Shown here piece after piece: positions 18,875-28,479 of a stretch of DNA of 64,000 nt (the stretch's first letter is position 1; every line of letters starts with the position of its first letter). Below the pieces are notes generated by a model. It saw only the letters and a list, made by a program, of their open reading frames with translations, was not told where the DNA came from and ran no database searches. The stretch is from Candidatus Poribacteria bacterium (GTDB lineage: Bacteria; Poribacteria; WGA-4E; WGA-3G). Location of the stretch: NCBI GenBank assembly GCA_965205015.1, contig OZ242029.1, forward strand, positions 5,280,001 to 5,344,000, read 5' to 3'. The position numbers and the translations under genes were made by a program.

Positions 18875-19896
18875 GTGGCTGCTGACCCGCAAAGCCTTTC
18901 TTTACTTCATCAGTTCAACGGTGTTTATGTTCAAGACAGCACCTGGATATCGCTCCCCGATGACCTCCATGAGATTTCCAAAGGTCCCCCGAAAAAGAAT
19001 CATCCGCAGAAAGCCGCTTTGAAACTTCATTTGCGCTTTGATGTGTTGACGGGAGGTTCCAAGACTTCCAACTCACCAATGGCATGGCTGCTGATAGCAC
19101 AACCGAAAAGGCAGCCGATCCCCTTCCACAGGGAAGTTTATACCTCGCAGACTTGGCATATTTTTCCCTCGATACGTTTGAGAAACTCACTGAGAACGGC
19201 ATCTACTGGGTTTCTCGCTTGAAAGCCAACTCGTATCTCGCTGATGAAAACGGCGAATACCTCCCTTTAGAGAAGATGCTCAAGGAGACCGAAGCAGAAA
19301 ACACCTTCATTCGCAAACGCATCCGTATCGGCAGAACAAAGCAACTTCCGGTGTATCTCATCGCCCAAAGACTTTCACAAGCAGAAGCGAGTCAACGCCG
19401 ACGCTCCATCCGATACCGTGCCAAACACAAAGCCCAAACCCCCTCAAAAACGCTCTTGCGCCTCGCGGGATACATACCAATATCAAAGCACATTGACTTA
19501 CCTCGAAACAGCTGGTCCGTCAGCGTCGGCATCCGATGGCAGATTGAGTTGATGTTTAAGGGATTCAAAAATAGCGGAAAACTGACTGTCTCCCGGAGTC
19601 AGAAACCCTATCGGATCCTCTGCGAAATCTATGCCAAACTCATTGCGATCCTGATTCAACACATCGTCATGTTAGCCGCAGGATACCGACACATACACCA
19701 CAGTTTCATCAAGACCGCAAAATACATTACCGGCTACGCGAGATTGCTAACGGTGAGTTTTCATCACTCAAAAACCCAACGCCTTGAAACCTTGAAGGAC
19801 ATAAAACGATCCTTTGAAAACGGCGGGGGTTTCCAGAGAAGCCCTGGAAAAAATACAACCCTTAGACGATTCCAAGAGGCAATGGAAAATCTCTAA
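18875..19896 (+). pseudogene. IS4-family DDE transposase remnant (5'-truncated, frameshifted)
   Basis: Two overlapping frames: VQDST...ALKLH..FDVLTG, then LADLAYFS...WVSRLK and RWQIELMFK; N-terminus missing. Confidence 0.8.
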
Positions 19897-20122
19897 ATTG
19901 ACACTTATGGTGAGGTTTCCCAACCGTACCGGATGGTTGATAGAAACGTCCAAAACCTGATAAATTCTTAAAAGTGAATGCCCTGAGTTTTCAGTCCCAG
20001 TTATCATGCTTTGCAGTGAGAACAGTTAATACCATGACTCTATTGGCAACCGCAGAAATTTAAAATGTGCTGTATCTGACACAGGATCAAGACTAATAAC
20101 TGATACCGAAGCTCCAGACATG

Positions 20123-20153
20123 AAACGCCCGAGGTTTAGCACCCCGGGCGTTT
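20123..20153. terminator. Possible bidirectional intrinsic terminator
   Basis: AAACGCCCG...CGGGCGTTT stem flanked by A/T runs. Confidence 0.5.
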
Positions 20154-20484
20154 TGTGGTTAAACGGGAAAATTGCACATATGACTATAGTTGCCGTATTC
20201 ACTTTTTTCAGATTATGCACGTTTTCTGCCGAAAACAGAAGTCTTTAAGAAATAGTTAAATATGCTTAATGCCAAAAAATTTTGAACACCCATAGGAACG
20301 ATCCTAGATATTCGGTTCTCTTAGAGGATATTTTTCCCGCCTCTATTCTTTCCTTCTTCTAACCTTCCCTCCGTTCTGACTGTTTTTCCCATAATTTTTG
20401 AAAAAATTGGCAATTTTTCCTGTTTTTTGAACCTTTTGGCAATAATGTGTCCTCTATGCCCGAATCCAAATCGGTTATTGCTTA

Positions 20485-21048
20485 ATGGAGAACGATATAG
20501 TAACAACAGGTTTAATTTGGCAGCTTCAATCGGGGGATGATAAACCTCTCAGTGAGTTGATGAAACACTACAATCCGCATATATGGCCGTTAATTCTGTC
20601 GGAATCTCGGAACTATCAAGATGCTGAGGATATACTCAGTAGAACCTGGGTTTCGGTTTGGGAGAATATCAACGGCTTGCGGGATGTAGGCAATTTCAGC
20701 GGATGGCTGCGGAAAATCGCTTATAACCAATGTAGGCGATATTACAACAACGCATACCATTCACAAGGCGAACGTCCTTACGAAGATGAGGCGTTGGCGT
20801 GGCATGTCAATAGCAGTACTGAGATTCTCCTTCGTGAAGAAGAATTGAAAGCAGATGCTATTGAAGCAGTGCTACATCTACCGAGCAAGCCTGGACATAC
20901 CCGAGAAGTTGCTATATTGTTTTATCTTCACGACATGCCGCTGAAGGAGATTGCGGAAGAACTTGAGTTGCCACTCGGCACAGTCAAGCGCAAACTTCAT
21001 GAGGCACGCGGATTTCTCCGTAAGGAGTTCTGCGTGGAGTCTGAGTGA
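20485..21048 (+). CDS. ECF RNA polymerase sigma factor
   Basis: DAEDIL..TW...W, FSGWLRKIAYNQC, EIAEELELPLGTVKRKLHEAR. Confidence 0.9.
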   Translation: MENDIVTTGLIWQLQSGDDKPLSELMKHYNPHIWPLILSESRNYQDAEDILSRTWVSVWENINGLRDVGNFSGWLRKIAYNQCRRYYNNAYHSQGERPYEDEALAWHVNSSTEILLREEELKADAIEAVLHLPSKPGHTREVAILFYLHDMPLKEIAEELELPLGTVKRKLHEARGFLRKEFCVESE

Positions 21049-21233
21049 AAGGACGATAACTTGGTTGGGTTGTGTTTTAGTTATACTTGGTGCTTTCGGC
21101 CAAGTAGCGTAATTGTTGTTTATGAGCTGCTTTTTCTGAAAGACCTTGCTTTAAAGTAAGAAAAAGTGACAGTCCATTTTCAACAATATATATTTCACAC
21201 TGAATCCCTTCAAGGGACAAAGAGGAGAAGTTT

Positions 21234-21503
21234 ATGTTAGTGTCTTGTCTTAGAAACAAAATGGTTACAAAATCTGTTGCAATGGTTCTTGTAGTAATGT
21301 TTTCGCTTGTTTTCTATACAGGCTCAACACCAGAGGCGGAGGCACAAGAAGTTTACGCAGAGGCGAATCAGGATGGCTGGAAAGTCGGTATCAAAGTTGA
21401 CTTGTTAAAACTCTACGATCGGATATTCGGTGACAGCAGTAGCAATAACAACAGTAGTTGTAGTTGTGGCTGTGGTAGCAGCAATAGTAGCTGTAGTTGC
21501 TAA
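21234..21503 (+). CDS. Small secreted peptide with Ser/Asn-rich, Cys-rich C-terminal tail (peptide 1)
   Basis: AGAGGAG RBS; basic N-region, hydrophobic core, AEA-Q signal peptidase-like site; tail DSSSNNNSSCSCGCGSSNSSCSC. Confidence 0.75.
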   Translation: MLVSCLRNKMVTKSVAMVLVVMFSLVFYTGSTPEAEAQEVYAEANQDGWKVGIKVDLLKLYDRIFGDSSSNNNSSCSCGCGSSNSSCSC

Positions 21504-21722
21504 CCCTTTTCCTAGTGCTCTGTCCATCTTGAAATTGTAAATAAATCCGTTCGTAGTCTTGTGATTCATTGCACGTCACAAGGTACAATGCATTGTGCTA
21601 CTATGAACAGACCTCAATTTGAAAAATGGATAAAGCACTAAGTTACAAACCTATTTCCCCGTTTCGCTTCCACATATCCTGTGGTGGTGAAATGGGGCAT
21701 CGGCTCTAAAGGAGATTATAGC

Positions 21723-22670
21723 ATGAAGTCACGTGAATGGTTATCGCCACGCACTGTATCAATTATTGGTATTTTAGTGGTCCTTCTTATGATTGGCCTC
21801 TATTTCTACGTGCGACATGATGTACAAAAATTTGAAGCGAGTTTGCCAAAGATTTTACCAACAACACAATCTGTTAATAGGCTTGGCCACGGGCCATTGA
21901 CAGAGAATGTTATTCCTAAACTAGATGAGGTAGTTTTCGCTGAAAAACCTGTGCAAGCTGTCCCTGTGACAAGCGGTGAATTGATAGTAGTTTCCCAAAA
22001 TGAGGAATCTGTCGCGGGAGCAGAACCCGGGTGTAGCATGTCTGGGGATATGATGGACTCTAAACATGAAGAAGACGATGAACCAGAAGTTTACGCAGGA
22101 ATGACGAATGAAGAAGTACGAGAACTCATTGCTGAACTTCAGACATCTTATGATATCACGAATGCAGATGAGAAGTTTGACTTATTAGGAGAGGCACTCC
22201 TCGCAAAAATAGGGCCCGACCCGAGAATCCCGCGCGTGATTAGCAATTTTAAAGCTCTCCACGCACTTGATAAACAAGTAAAAAGGATGAATGCAGCAGG
22301 GAAAGACAATCAAGCGGAAATTGACGTTTTTCTCAATCAGTTACCGGCTGTTGTCGCAAGTGATTTAGTAGAACTCTCTATTGGCTTGCTTAGTCCAAGC
22401 GAAGAAGAGTCGGCTGCCCTGCGTAAACAGGTTAAACAAATCACATCATATGTGGATAATCTTACGCTTCTTCGCGAGACTACTCCCTTGATTAAGGATG
22501 CTATTTCCACAGGAGATATTACCCCCGAAGAAGGGAAAGTGTTTCTAGAATCCGTGTCTGGTATAAACGTTACCGTGCACGCCTTGCCTCGCTCGGGAAC
22601 CCCGGTAGACGACACCATAAGGCCCCTGGAAACATCCGAACCTGCGGTAAAAGAGATTCCTGAATACTAG
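21723..22670 (+). CDS. Hypothetical protein with single N-terminal TM anchor
   Basis: AAAGGAG RBS; IIGILVVLLMIGLYFYV TM; helical acidic remainder; ends KEIPEY. Confidence 0.75.
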   Translation: MKSREWLSPRTVSIIGILVVLLMIGLYFYVRHDVQKFEASLPKILPTTQSVNRLGHGPLTENVIPKLDEVVFAEKPVQAVPVTSGELIVVSQNEESVAGAEPGCSMSGDMMDSKHEEDDEPEVYAGMTNEEVRELIAELQTSYDITNADEKFDLLGEALLAKIGPDPRIPRVISNFKALHALDKQVKRMNAAGKDNQAEIDVFLNQLPAVVASDLVELSIGLLSPSEEESAALRKQVKQITSYVDNLTLLRETTPLIKDAISTGDITPEEGKVFLESVSGINVTVHALPRSGTPVDDTIRPLETSEPAVKEIPEY

Positions 22671-22696
22671 TAGTCTGTCACGTCTAAACTGAGAGG

Positions 22697-22760
22697 CAGT
22701 TCGTAGTAGCGCAATTCATTGCGCTATGGATGAGGCGATGAATCGCCTCACTACGAACTG
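22697..22760. repeat. GTAG-type REP doublet (REPIN-like)
   Basis: CAGTTCGTAGT...ACTACGAACTG terminal inverted repeat with internal GCGCAATTCATTGCGC and GAGGCGATGAATCGCCTC palindromes. Confidence 0.7.
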
Positions 22761-22774
22761 GGGTTACCCTTCAT

Positions 22775-22963
22775 TTGAAAGTTGACAAAGCACTAGACGC
22801 AGGAGATATATCCTCTGAAGAAGCCGAATCATTCTTAGAACGCCTATCGGGTCTAAACATTACAGGGGCAGGACCTGACCAGACACAAAGAAGGGAAGAA
22901 TCTGCAACACCCGATGTAATTAAACCAAACGTCTCTGAGATTCCTGAATACGAGACTTTTTGA
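22775..22963 (+). pseudogene. C-terminal remnant of a paralog of 21723-22670
   Basis: ALDAGDISSEEAESFLERLSGLNIT...SEIPEY versus AISTGDITPEEGKVFLESVSGINVT...KEIPEY. Confidence 0.7.
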
Positions 22964-22978
22964 GATGAGGATTTACTT

Positions 22979-23392
22979 ATGAGAATCCTTCAGGTACTAA
23001 AACTCACAAGAATCTGTTTAGTGCTTTTTAGCATCAACTTGCCACTCGTCGCAACAACACTCCCTCAAAAAATGAGTGAATCAGATGTTAAAGTATTTTT
23101 GGATATGGGCTTCCAAGGGTTTGAGGAACTTACACACAGCCAGGGGTTCCAAGATTGGCATTATGCCGAAGCCAAAATTCCTATTAGATTGGCGAACTGT
23201 GCCGACTGTGCCCCTTATATTACTATCTTTCGCGAAAGATCCACAAATGGCAGACCTACCGTAGGCGCCAGGGGGTCATGGTCGACTTTATGGAAAATGC
23301 CAAAAATCGTGATAGGTTATGCCAAAATCCTATCTCAACGAGGCAGGATACTTCTACACAGTGGGGTCCAAAAACTTTTTTCGTGGTGGTAA
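22979..23392 (+). CDS. Hypothetical, possibly truncated exported protein
   Basis: GAGGA RBS and signal-peptide-like start; C-terminal half looks unconvincing. Confidence 0.35.
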   Translation: MRILQVLKLTRICLVLFSINLPLVATTLPQKMSESDVKVFLDMGFQGFEELTHSQGFQDWHYAEAKIPIRLANCADCAPYITIFRERSTNGRPTVGARGSWSTLWKMPKIVIGYAKILSQRGRILLHSGVQKLFSWW

Positions 23393-23426
23393 TTTTTTGT
23401 AAAATCAAAAACATTCCTCCAGGGGT

Positions 23427-23543
23427 TATAGTAAAGCTCGAAAATATATGAGCATAAGAACTCTGAAAAAACCTTCCTCCCCACTGGCGAGGTGAGGAAA
23501 CTTCACTACCCCGAGTGTATAGATAATTATGTGCTTCATTATA
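23427..23543 (+). mobile_element. 117-bp MITE-like element (TATA ends)
   Basis: TATAGTAAAGC...GCTTCATTATA imperfect terminal inverted repeats; internal CTGGCGAGG. Confidence 0.7.
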
Positions 23544-23558
23544 AAAGAGCGAAAATCA

Positions 23559-23865
23559 ATGTTTTTATATTCGCTCAGAAAAAGAAAGATTGCGATACCT
23601 ATGGTAATTCTTCTTATAGCAATTTTCCTATTAAGCTTATATACAATCTGGACAGACTCAATATCAGAAGCAGCAGCCAATGGCAATAACGATAATCTCT
23701 TTATTCGCTCCCCTCTGCCGAGATAGACTTGAGAGATGTTTTAGTTATCGAGGCGTGATTCTTTGGGTAATGGATAGAATTACAGACGATAACTCCAATA
23801 ACAACAGTTCCGGTAACAGTGAATGCGACTGTGGGTGTACCGACAGCGGTAGTTGTTTTTGTTAA
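23559..23865 (+). pseudogene. Frameshifted paralog of secreted Cys-tail peptide (peptide 2)
   Basis: Frame A MFLYSLRKRK..hydrophobic..SEAAA; frame B SAEIDLRDVLVI; frame C MDRITDDNSNNNSSGNSECDCGCTDSGSCFC*; matches the layout of peptide 1. Confidence 0.7.
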
Positions 23866-23886
23866 ATTCGTAAATGGTGCTAGTCT

Positions 23887-26238
23887 ATGGTTAAAAGGCT
23901 TACAAGTAGCCTTCTCATTATCAGTATCTTGTTCCTCGCCTTCTGGCTGCGTACTCAGGGTACGAGCCGTATTCCCGATGGACAGTTTACCGGATACGAT
24001 CCCTATCTCTATTATTGGCAGGCACAGATCATCTCCGAATACGGGTATCTACCCGAACGCGATATGCACCGCTGGCTACCCCTCGGTAGAGATTTAAGAC
24101 AAACCCTAAATCTCTATTCTTATGTCCTTGCTTACACCCATAAAGCAATTTCTCTGTGCTATCCAAACGTCTCACTATATCAGATTTCTGTTTATGCACC
24201 ACCTATCTGTTTTATTACCGGGCTCGGTGCCCTTTGCCTCTTCCTGTACCACACTTATGGATGTCTCTTTTCAAGTTGTGTTGGCGTGTTGCTCGCAACT
24301 TTTCCTGGCACTATCGGGCGCAGTTCTGCTGGTTTTGGAGACAGGGACTCTTGGTGTTTTCTACTTGCTGTTCTTGCCATCACAACCTATCTTGTTTCTT
24401 TACAAGCGCGCAACCCACGCAAACGAATGTTATGGACGCTTGTCAGTGGCGGCATCGTTTTTCTCGGGGGCATCAGCTGGGAGGCTTTCGGATTTTTTGT
24501 TGGAATGATAGTTGCTATGGAACTCTGGAAGTTCTGCACCACTGTGAGGGAACAGCATATAAAAGAATACGCCTTGTGGGTGTTTATGTTTGTGCCAGGG
24601 CTCTATCTTGCCAGTCCCGCGTACCGAAACGGCTATGGGTTCGCCACACACATTACTGCCTTGATGCTCTTCCCACCGCTTGTTATCTTCGTGCTCCGCA
24701 GTGTTAGATTTCTGCTTCTTGATTTCTCAGAACAGTTCCGGCCGTATGCACGCCATCTTGCATGGTTCTTAACGCTTAGCAGCATCGCAATAGGCATCTG
24801 TTACATTGTTATAAATCTTGACAACTTCGCCCACACTGCCTATCAGTTTCAAGAAAACCGCTTGATGCGAAGCATCAGCGAACTGGCTAGCCCGCTTTTT
24901 GGTTATTGGACAGAACGTTATGGGAGTTTCTTTATTTTAGGCAGCCTTGGACTTATTGTTGAAAGCCTCCGGGTATGGAAATGGAAAGCCATCCCTTTGG
25001 GGGTATCCCTTATTCTCTTTTTTGGAACGACCTTCTTTCGATGGCCCATCAGCCAGTGGATTGGTACTGATATGTGCAATACACTCTTTTTTGCTTCGCT
25101 TGCACTCGTTCCTACCGGACTTGGTATTGCAAGTCTCCGAAAAGGAAATTCCGCCGCAGAATTCATAACGCTCCTCGCTATCCTGTGGGCACTTTTGTGG
25201 ATCGGCCTTGCCCGCAGTGGAAAACGGTTTGACTTCTTTATCGGTATCCCTCTTGCTTGCGGCACAGCCTTTCTCTTATGGTACTGTCCCATACAGTTTA
25301 TACAAAAACTTAAGGCAGCCAAAAGATTGCCAGAGTATTTCAGGCAACCTTGGATTGTCGCGTGCGTAACAATCGCTATATTCATTCCTATGCTCTTTTG
25401 GACACCACTCGGAGGCCACGCCGCGCGCGCCCTGAAAGGAGCAAAGGACGTTCGAAGACCTATTCCAGGACGAGGGGAGATGCTAGAGACGTTTCAGTGG
25501 ATGAAAGCTACACTTCCACCAAACACCATTATGGCTGCCCACTGGAGTTACGGCAGTCAACTCAATATTTTCGGCGATGTTAAAACTGTCATTGACCAGG
25601 ATCATTATATACCACACTGGATACACCTCTATTACCGACACGTCTTCTGTGCTCAGTCCGAGCGCGAGGCGCTCTCTTTTTTGAAAACTCATGGTGCAAC
25701 ACACCTTATGTTAACACAGGAAGAGGTTATTAAGTTACCTCGGAGCCTTTCCTTTATAGGTAGTGACAAAAACGCAGATCGCCGCTTCGGATTCACCAAA
25801 CTGCATCGCGACAGAAAAACTTCAACTGAAACGCTTACAAGACTAATGCCGCGACGCGGTACCCCTTTGGAATCCGTTGAGGTTGTTAATATCGCGCCTG
25901 AAAAGCGATTCGTGACTGTCCAGTTCAAAACACAAGACACGGTGTCCAAAGAGGTCGTCTGGAACGCTAATAAACCCTCAGCAATAAAACTCGGAACAAG
26001 TGGTGTGGTTCTCTACTTTGATTTTGAAGGCAAACCTTACATCGGGTACTATATCCCATCAATTGGGTGGAACAGTTTCGCTGTTAAACTGTTCATACGT
26101 GGCGAGCATAGTACAGCCTTTATACCTGTTTATCCTGTTAATAAAGATAGCCTTGCAAAACTTAAAGTGTGGAGAATTTACTATCCACCTGATATAAATC
26201 CAGATCCTAAATACCTCGCAACTGATCCTGAACGGTGA
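23887..26238 (+). CDS. STT3/AglB/PglB-like oligosaccharyltransferase (GT-C)
   Basis: About 13 TM segments; GYDPY, RSSAGFGDRD (DxD), SISEL (SVSE/TIxE-like), KRF, HWSYG (WWDYG position), TVIDQDH. Confidence 0.85.
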   Translation: MVKRLTSSLLIISILFLAFWLRTQGTSRIPDGQFTGYDPYLYYWQAQIISEYGYLPERDMHRWLPLGRDLRQTLNLYSYVLAYTHKAISLCYPNVSLYQISVYAPPICFITGLGALCLFLYHTYGCLFSSCVGVLLATFPGTIGRSSAGFGDRDSWCFLLAVLAITTYLVSLQARNPRKRMLWTLVSGGIVFLGGISWEAFGFFVGMIVAMELWKFCTTVREQHIKEYALWVFMFVPGLYLASPAYRNGYGFATHITALMLFPPLVIFVLRSVRFLLLDFSEQFRPYARHLAWFLTLSSIAIGICYIVINLDNFAHTAYQFQENRLMRSISELASPLFGYWTERYGSFFILGSLGLIVESLRVWKWKAIPLGVSLILFFGTTFFRWPISQWIGTDMCNTLFFASLALVPTGLGIASLRKGNSAAEFITLLAILWALLWIGLARSGKRFDFFIGIPLACGTAFLLWYCPIQFIQKLKAAKRLPEYFRQPWIVACVTIAIFIPMLFWTPLGGHAARALKGAKDVRRPIPGRGEMLETFQWMKATLPPNTIMAAHWSYGSQLNIFGDVKTVIDQDHYIPHWIHLYYRHVFCAQSEREALSFLKTHGATHLMLTQEEVIKLPRSLSFIGSDKNADRRFGFTKLHRDRKTSTETLTRLMPRRGTPLESVEVVNIAPEKRFVTVQFKTQDTVSKEVVWNANKPSAIKLGTSGVVLYFDFEGKPYIGYYIPSIGWNSFAVKLFIRGEHSTAFIPVYPVNKDSLAKLKVWRIYYPPDINPDPKYLATDPER

Positions 26239-26294
26239 TACCGAATTCGTAAGGATAGATTTCTATATTTACCCATGTAACTTAATACAAGCAC

Positions 26295-26855
26295 ATGATA
26301 GCAAACGCAATAACGCTCTTAAGGCTTCTTTTAACCTTTGTTGTAATTATATTACTCCATTTAAACTACTATATCAGTATAGGACTAATGGCAATGATCG
26401 GTGGTATTTTCACACTTGATGGTGTTGACGGTATCATTGCCCGTAAATGCAACCAAGCAACAAAGTTCGGAGCAATCTTTGATACTGTAGCAGATAGAAT
26501 CATTGAGAATACTTTCTGGATTTACTTTGCAGTGAACGGACTAATCCCTTTATGGATGCCGATCACTGTCCTAACTCGTGGATTTTTGATAGACAGTTTG
26601 CAGCACTATACTAAGCTATCAAAAAGCGACTGGGCACATGCCCTTACTCGCTCCCGCACAAGCCGTGCACTTTATGGTATAGCCAAAATGAGTACCTTTC
26701 TTTTGCTTGCAAGTGTCTGCGTTTTCAAACCTGAAAATTCCACTATAGAACTAATAAGTGTAATACTTCCTACTGCTACTATCGGTTTTTGTCTCATTCG
26801 GGGGGTGCCACTATTCATAGAAGCTTGCAAAACTTTCACTGTTAACCTGAATTAA
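26295..26855 (+). CDS. CDP-alcohol phosphatidyltransferase family protein
   Basis: ANAITLLR; DGVDGIIAR.....TKFGAIFDTVADR signature. Confidence 0.9.
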   Translation: MIANAITLLRLLLTFVVIILLHLNYYISIGLMAMIGGIFTLDGVDGIIARKCNQATKFGAIFDTVADRIIENTFWIYFAVNGLIPLWMPITVLTRGFLIDSLQHYTKLSKSDWAHALTRSRTSRALYGIAKMSTFLLLASVCVFKPENSTIELISVILPTATIGFCLIRGVPLFIEACKTFTVNLN

Positions 26856-26897
26856 CGTAGAATCCACGATAAAAAATGTTAAAAAAGGAGAAATTTA

Positions 26898-27932
26898 TTG
26901 AAAAGTTGCATAGCACTCTTAATAAGTATTCTGCTTGTATTCCCTTTCCCGTCCCTCACTTATGGAGACACATCCAAGCAGTCGCGGCCCGACAACCTCG
27001 TACCTATTGGTATAATGGGTGACCATGGACACAAAAAAAGTGAGATAATGCTCTTATACCGGTTCATGGCAATAAACATGCAGGGTTTACAATCTGACAC
27101 AACTCCGCTTGAGAAGGAGGATGTTCTCAAAGATTTTATGATAGCACCTGTACAGATGAGCATGCAGATGCACATGCTCGAGACAATGTTCGCACCGCAC
27201 AACCGTATCACTCTCATGGCAATGGCAAACTACCAACATAATGCTATGCAAATGGAAGGTGCGCACCAGCATGCACACGGTGGACATGAACACCCCGTAG
27301 TTCCTCATGAAATGTCAAGTGCAGGCATTGGTGATGTAAAATTAGAGGGCGTCCTCACACTTTGGGAAATGCCTCACCTGACACTCCTTGCAAACGTCGG
27401 TGTTTCATTCCCAACCGATTCCATTACGCAAAAAGGAGATAATGAGGAACTTCTACCTTATTCTATGCAACTTGGCAATGGTTCTTTTGAAGCTCGCCCT
27501 GGCATTACACTCTTTGGGTTTCACAACTTTTGGTCCTATGGTGGACAACTTCGAGGCACATTTCCATTGAATACCAATGCGGGAGGGTGGCGGTACGGAA
27601 AAACCTTTGATGTTACCGCATGGGGGGCGCGCCGTATCAACAATTGGATCAGCCTTGGTAGTAGGTTGCTCTTGTCAGCACGAGGAAACATCACCGGCAG
27701 CCACCCCGATTTGAATCCATATATGAGTCCGAGTCACCGTCCTGACTATAGTGGTGCTACCTTGCTTAATTTCGCTGTTTCTGGCAACGTCATCGTTCCA
27801 ACAGGTACCTTCATAGGGCAAAGACTCGCCATTGAGTTTCAGATACCCCTTTATCAGAGTTTCACTGGAATTCAACTCAAAACAACATGGCAGCTCACTG
27901 CCAGTTGGCAATACGCCTTCAAAGTTTTGTAA
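26898..27932 (+). CDS. Putative outer-membrane beta-barrel 'transporter' with His/Met-rich loops
   Basis: Signal peptide; PIGIMGDHGH, MSMQMHM, HQHAHGGHEH, GIGDV, LPYSMQLGNGS; C-terminal WQYAF; AAGGAG RBS with TTG start. Confidence 0.7.
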   Translation: MKSCIALLISILLVFPFPSLTYGDTSKQSRPDNLVPIGIMGDHGHKKSEIMLLYRFMAINMQGLQSDTTPLEKEDVLKDFMIAPVQMSMQMHMLETMFAPHNRITLMAMANYQHNAMQMEGAHQHAHGGHEHPVVPHEMSSAGIGDVKLEGVLTLWEMPHLTLLANVGVSFPTDSITQKGDNEELLPYSMQLGNGSFEARPGITLFGFHNFWSYGGQLRGTFPLNTNAGGWRYGKTFDVTAWGARRINNWISLGSRLLLSARGNITGSHPDLNPYMSPSHRPDYSGATLLNFAVSGNVIVPTGTFIGQRLAIEFQIPLYQSFTGIQLKTTWQLTASWQYAFKVL

Positions 27933-27963
27933 GAACATCCGAACCCTTTTACAAGGAAACATC

Positions 27964-28464
27964 ATGGCCCGAAAATGTGAAAAAAAACTCGCGATCACCT
28001 GCGGCCTCAGTGTCATACTGCTCCTCTCGTTATTGTTGATACATACGCTTACTGCAGCACGACATGGTAGGACAGACATGGACAACACACCGCTAAGCGA
28101 ACTGGACAAATCTCCTGATAAACGTATACAGACACCCGCGGCCTTACAAATTCCCATCGGTTTTCAAGACTCGGATTTTTATCGCACGATCGTTGACAAT
28201 AACCTCTTCCGACCCCTCGGCTGGAGACCTCCACGCACACGAACTGCTTATCGTTTGCTTGGAACGATCCTCCCCACAGAGAAAAGAACAGAGGCGCAAG
28301 CGATCCTCCAATCCACTACGGGTGACAAAATACACATTGTTACATTTGGTGATACACTTGACTCGGAGACCACTGTCACCGACATCCAACTGAAGCAAGT
28401 AACACTAGAAGCCTCCGGACAGCAGAAAATCCTTCATCTTAACGCTGTTCCTTGGATAAAATGA
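27964..28464 (+). CDS. GspC/PilP-like (T2SS protein C HR-domain-like) membrane-anchored protein
   Basis: N-terminal TM; NLFRP, YRLLGTI...AQAIL...VTFGDTL...VTDIQLKQVTLE..GQQKILHL. Confidence 0.6.
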   Translation: MARKCEKKLAITCGLSVILLLSLLLIHTLTAARHGRTDMDNTPLSELDKSPDKRIQTPAALQIPIGFQDSDFYRTIVDNNLFRPLGWRPPRTRTAYRLLGTILPTEKRTEAQAILQSTTGDKIHIVTFGDTLDSETTVTDIQLKQVTLEASGQQKILHLNAVPWIK

Positions 28465-28479
28465 ACGGAGACCACTTCA

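Noticed and set aside
20400-20460. ECF-type autoregulatory promoter (GAACCT...) and AAAAATTG-G-CAATTTTT palindrome before the first ECF gene
   Set aside because: Spacing to a -10 element is not convincing and the motif is not clearly repeated before other island genes; AT-rich palindromes arise easily here.
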